Part shown: positions 63,695 through 64,000 of the stretch, piece by piece | Layout of the letters: each line of letters opens with the position of its first letter | Position numbering within the stretch: position 1 is the stretch's first letter | NCBI GenBank assembly: GCA_963674865.2 | Contig: CAXXYE010000011.1 | Span: forward strand, 224,001-288,000 | Direction of reading: 5' to 3' | Source: Candidatus Hydrogenedentota bacterium | GTDB lineage: Bacteria > Hydrogenedentota > Hydrogenedentia > Hydrogenedentales > SLHB01 | DNA: 64,000 nucleotides | The notes under the pieces: model-generated | What the model was told of the DNA's origin: nothing | The model's input: only the letters and a program-made list of their open reading frames with translations | The model's database searches: none | Program-made: the position numbers and the translations under genes

Positions 63695-64000
63695 TCAGTA
63701 CGTCACCCGCACGCTATAGGTAATCTTTGCTTCTCCGTCCTTCACCACCGGCACGCTGAAAACCGCCGTCCGCGCATCGCGCTTTTCATACTCCTGTGAC
63801 GCGTCGAACACCCGCCAATCCCCCGAAAACGGCTCAACCACATCGACGACGATATCCGAGTCTTTGTGATTGCGCAGCGCAATCTCGTAGTCCGACTCGT
63901 GAGTCCTCGACGAGATCCGCCGATAGTCCTTCTGGACGCGATCCCCGATGACGTCGAAGGCGCTGCCCATGCGCAGCGTCACCTTCTCATCCTTCGGCGT
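63695..64000 (-). CDS. DUF4139-domain protein (paralog 1, C-terminal fragment; runs off window)
   Basis: C-terminal ~100 aa nearly identical to paralog 2 (TPKDEKVTLRMGSAFDV...YSVRVTY). Confidence 0.85.
   Translation of the reverse strand, partial: TPKDEKVTLRMGSAFDVIGDRVQKDYRRISSRTHESDYEIALRNHKDSDIVVDVVEPFSGDWRVFDASQEYEKRDARTAVFSVPVVKDGEAKITYSVRVTY

Overview
GC-rich bacterial window, probably from an anaerobic diderm. The planctomycete-like T2SS, 'GCP' lipoprotein and corrinoid/URO-D clusters suggest a PVC-related or Hydrogenedentes-like lineage, but that is inference only. (1) 1-21762: the 3' part of a giant (>7,250 aa) modular extracellular protein. Its beta-propellers are separated by acidic DxDGDG Ca-binding linkers, and it also carries a PKD domain, an embedded uncharacterised glycoside-hydrolase-like enzyme, a TolB-like propeller, a beta-helix and an RTX-type C-terminus. 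(2) 22076-34571: a complete type II secretion operon (E,F,G,H,I,J,K,L,M,C-like,D) whose secretin has six N-domain repeats. (3) 34.8-43.2 kb: secreted carbohydrate-active or unknown proteins, then a translationally coupled cassette of three small membrane proteins sharing a W-x3-[DE] helix motif, followed by an FGE-sulfatase/sialidase fusion. (4) 43.3-45.5 kb: a lower-GC islet with a CHAT (caspase-like) protein and a lipoprotein. (5) 45.6-53.4 kb: a corrinoid methyl-transfer cluster (three URO-D-family proteins, a corrinoid protein, a pterin-binding methyltransferase) beside pta-ackA. (6) 53.8-64 kb: PL10 pectate lyase, NRAMP-like transporter, propeller lipoprotein, pcm/yggT/thpR/nnrE and three tandem DUF4139 paralogs. 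No rRNA, tRNA, CRISPR array, transposase or integrase was recognised. All family assignments come from motif recognition, not database searches.
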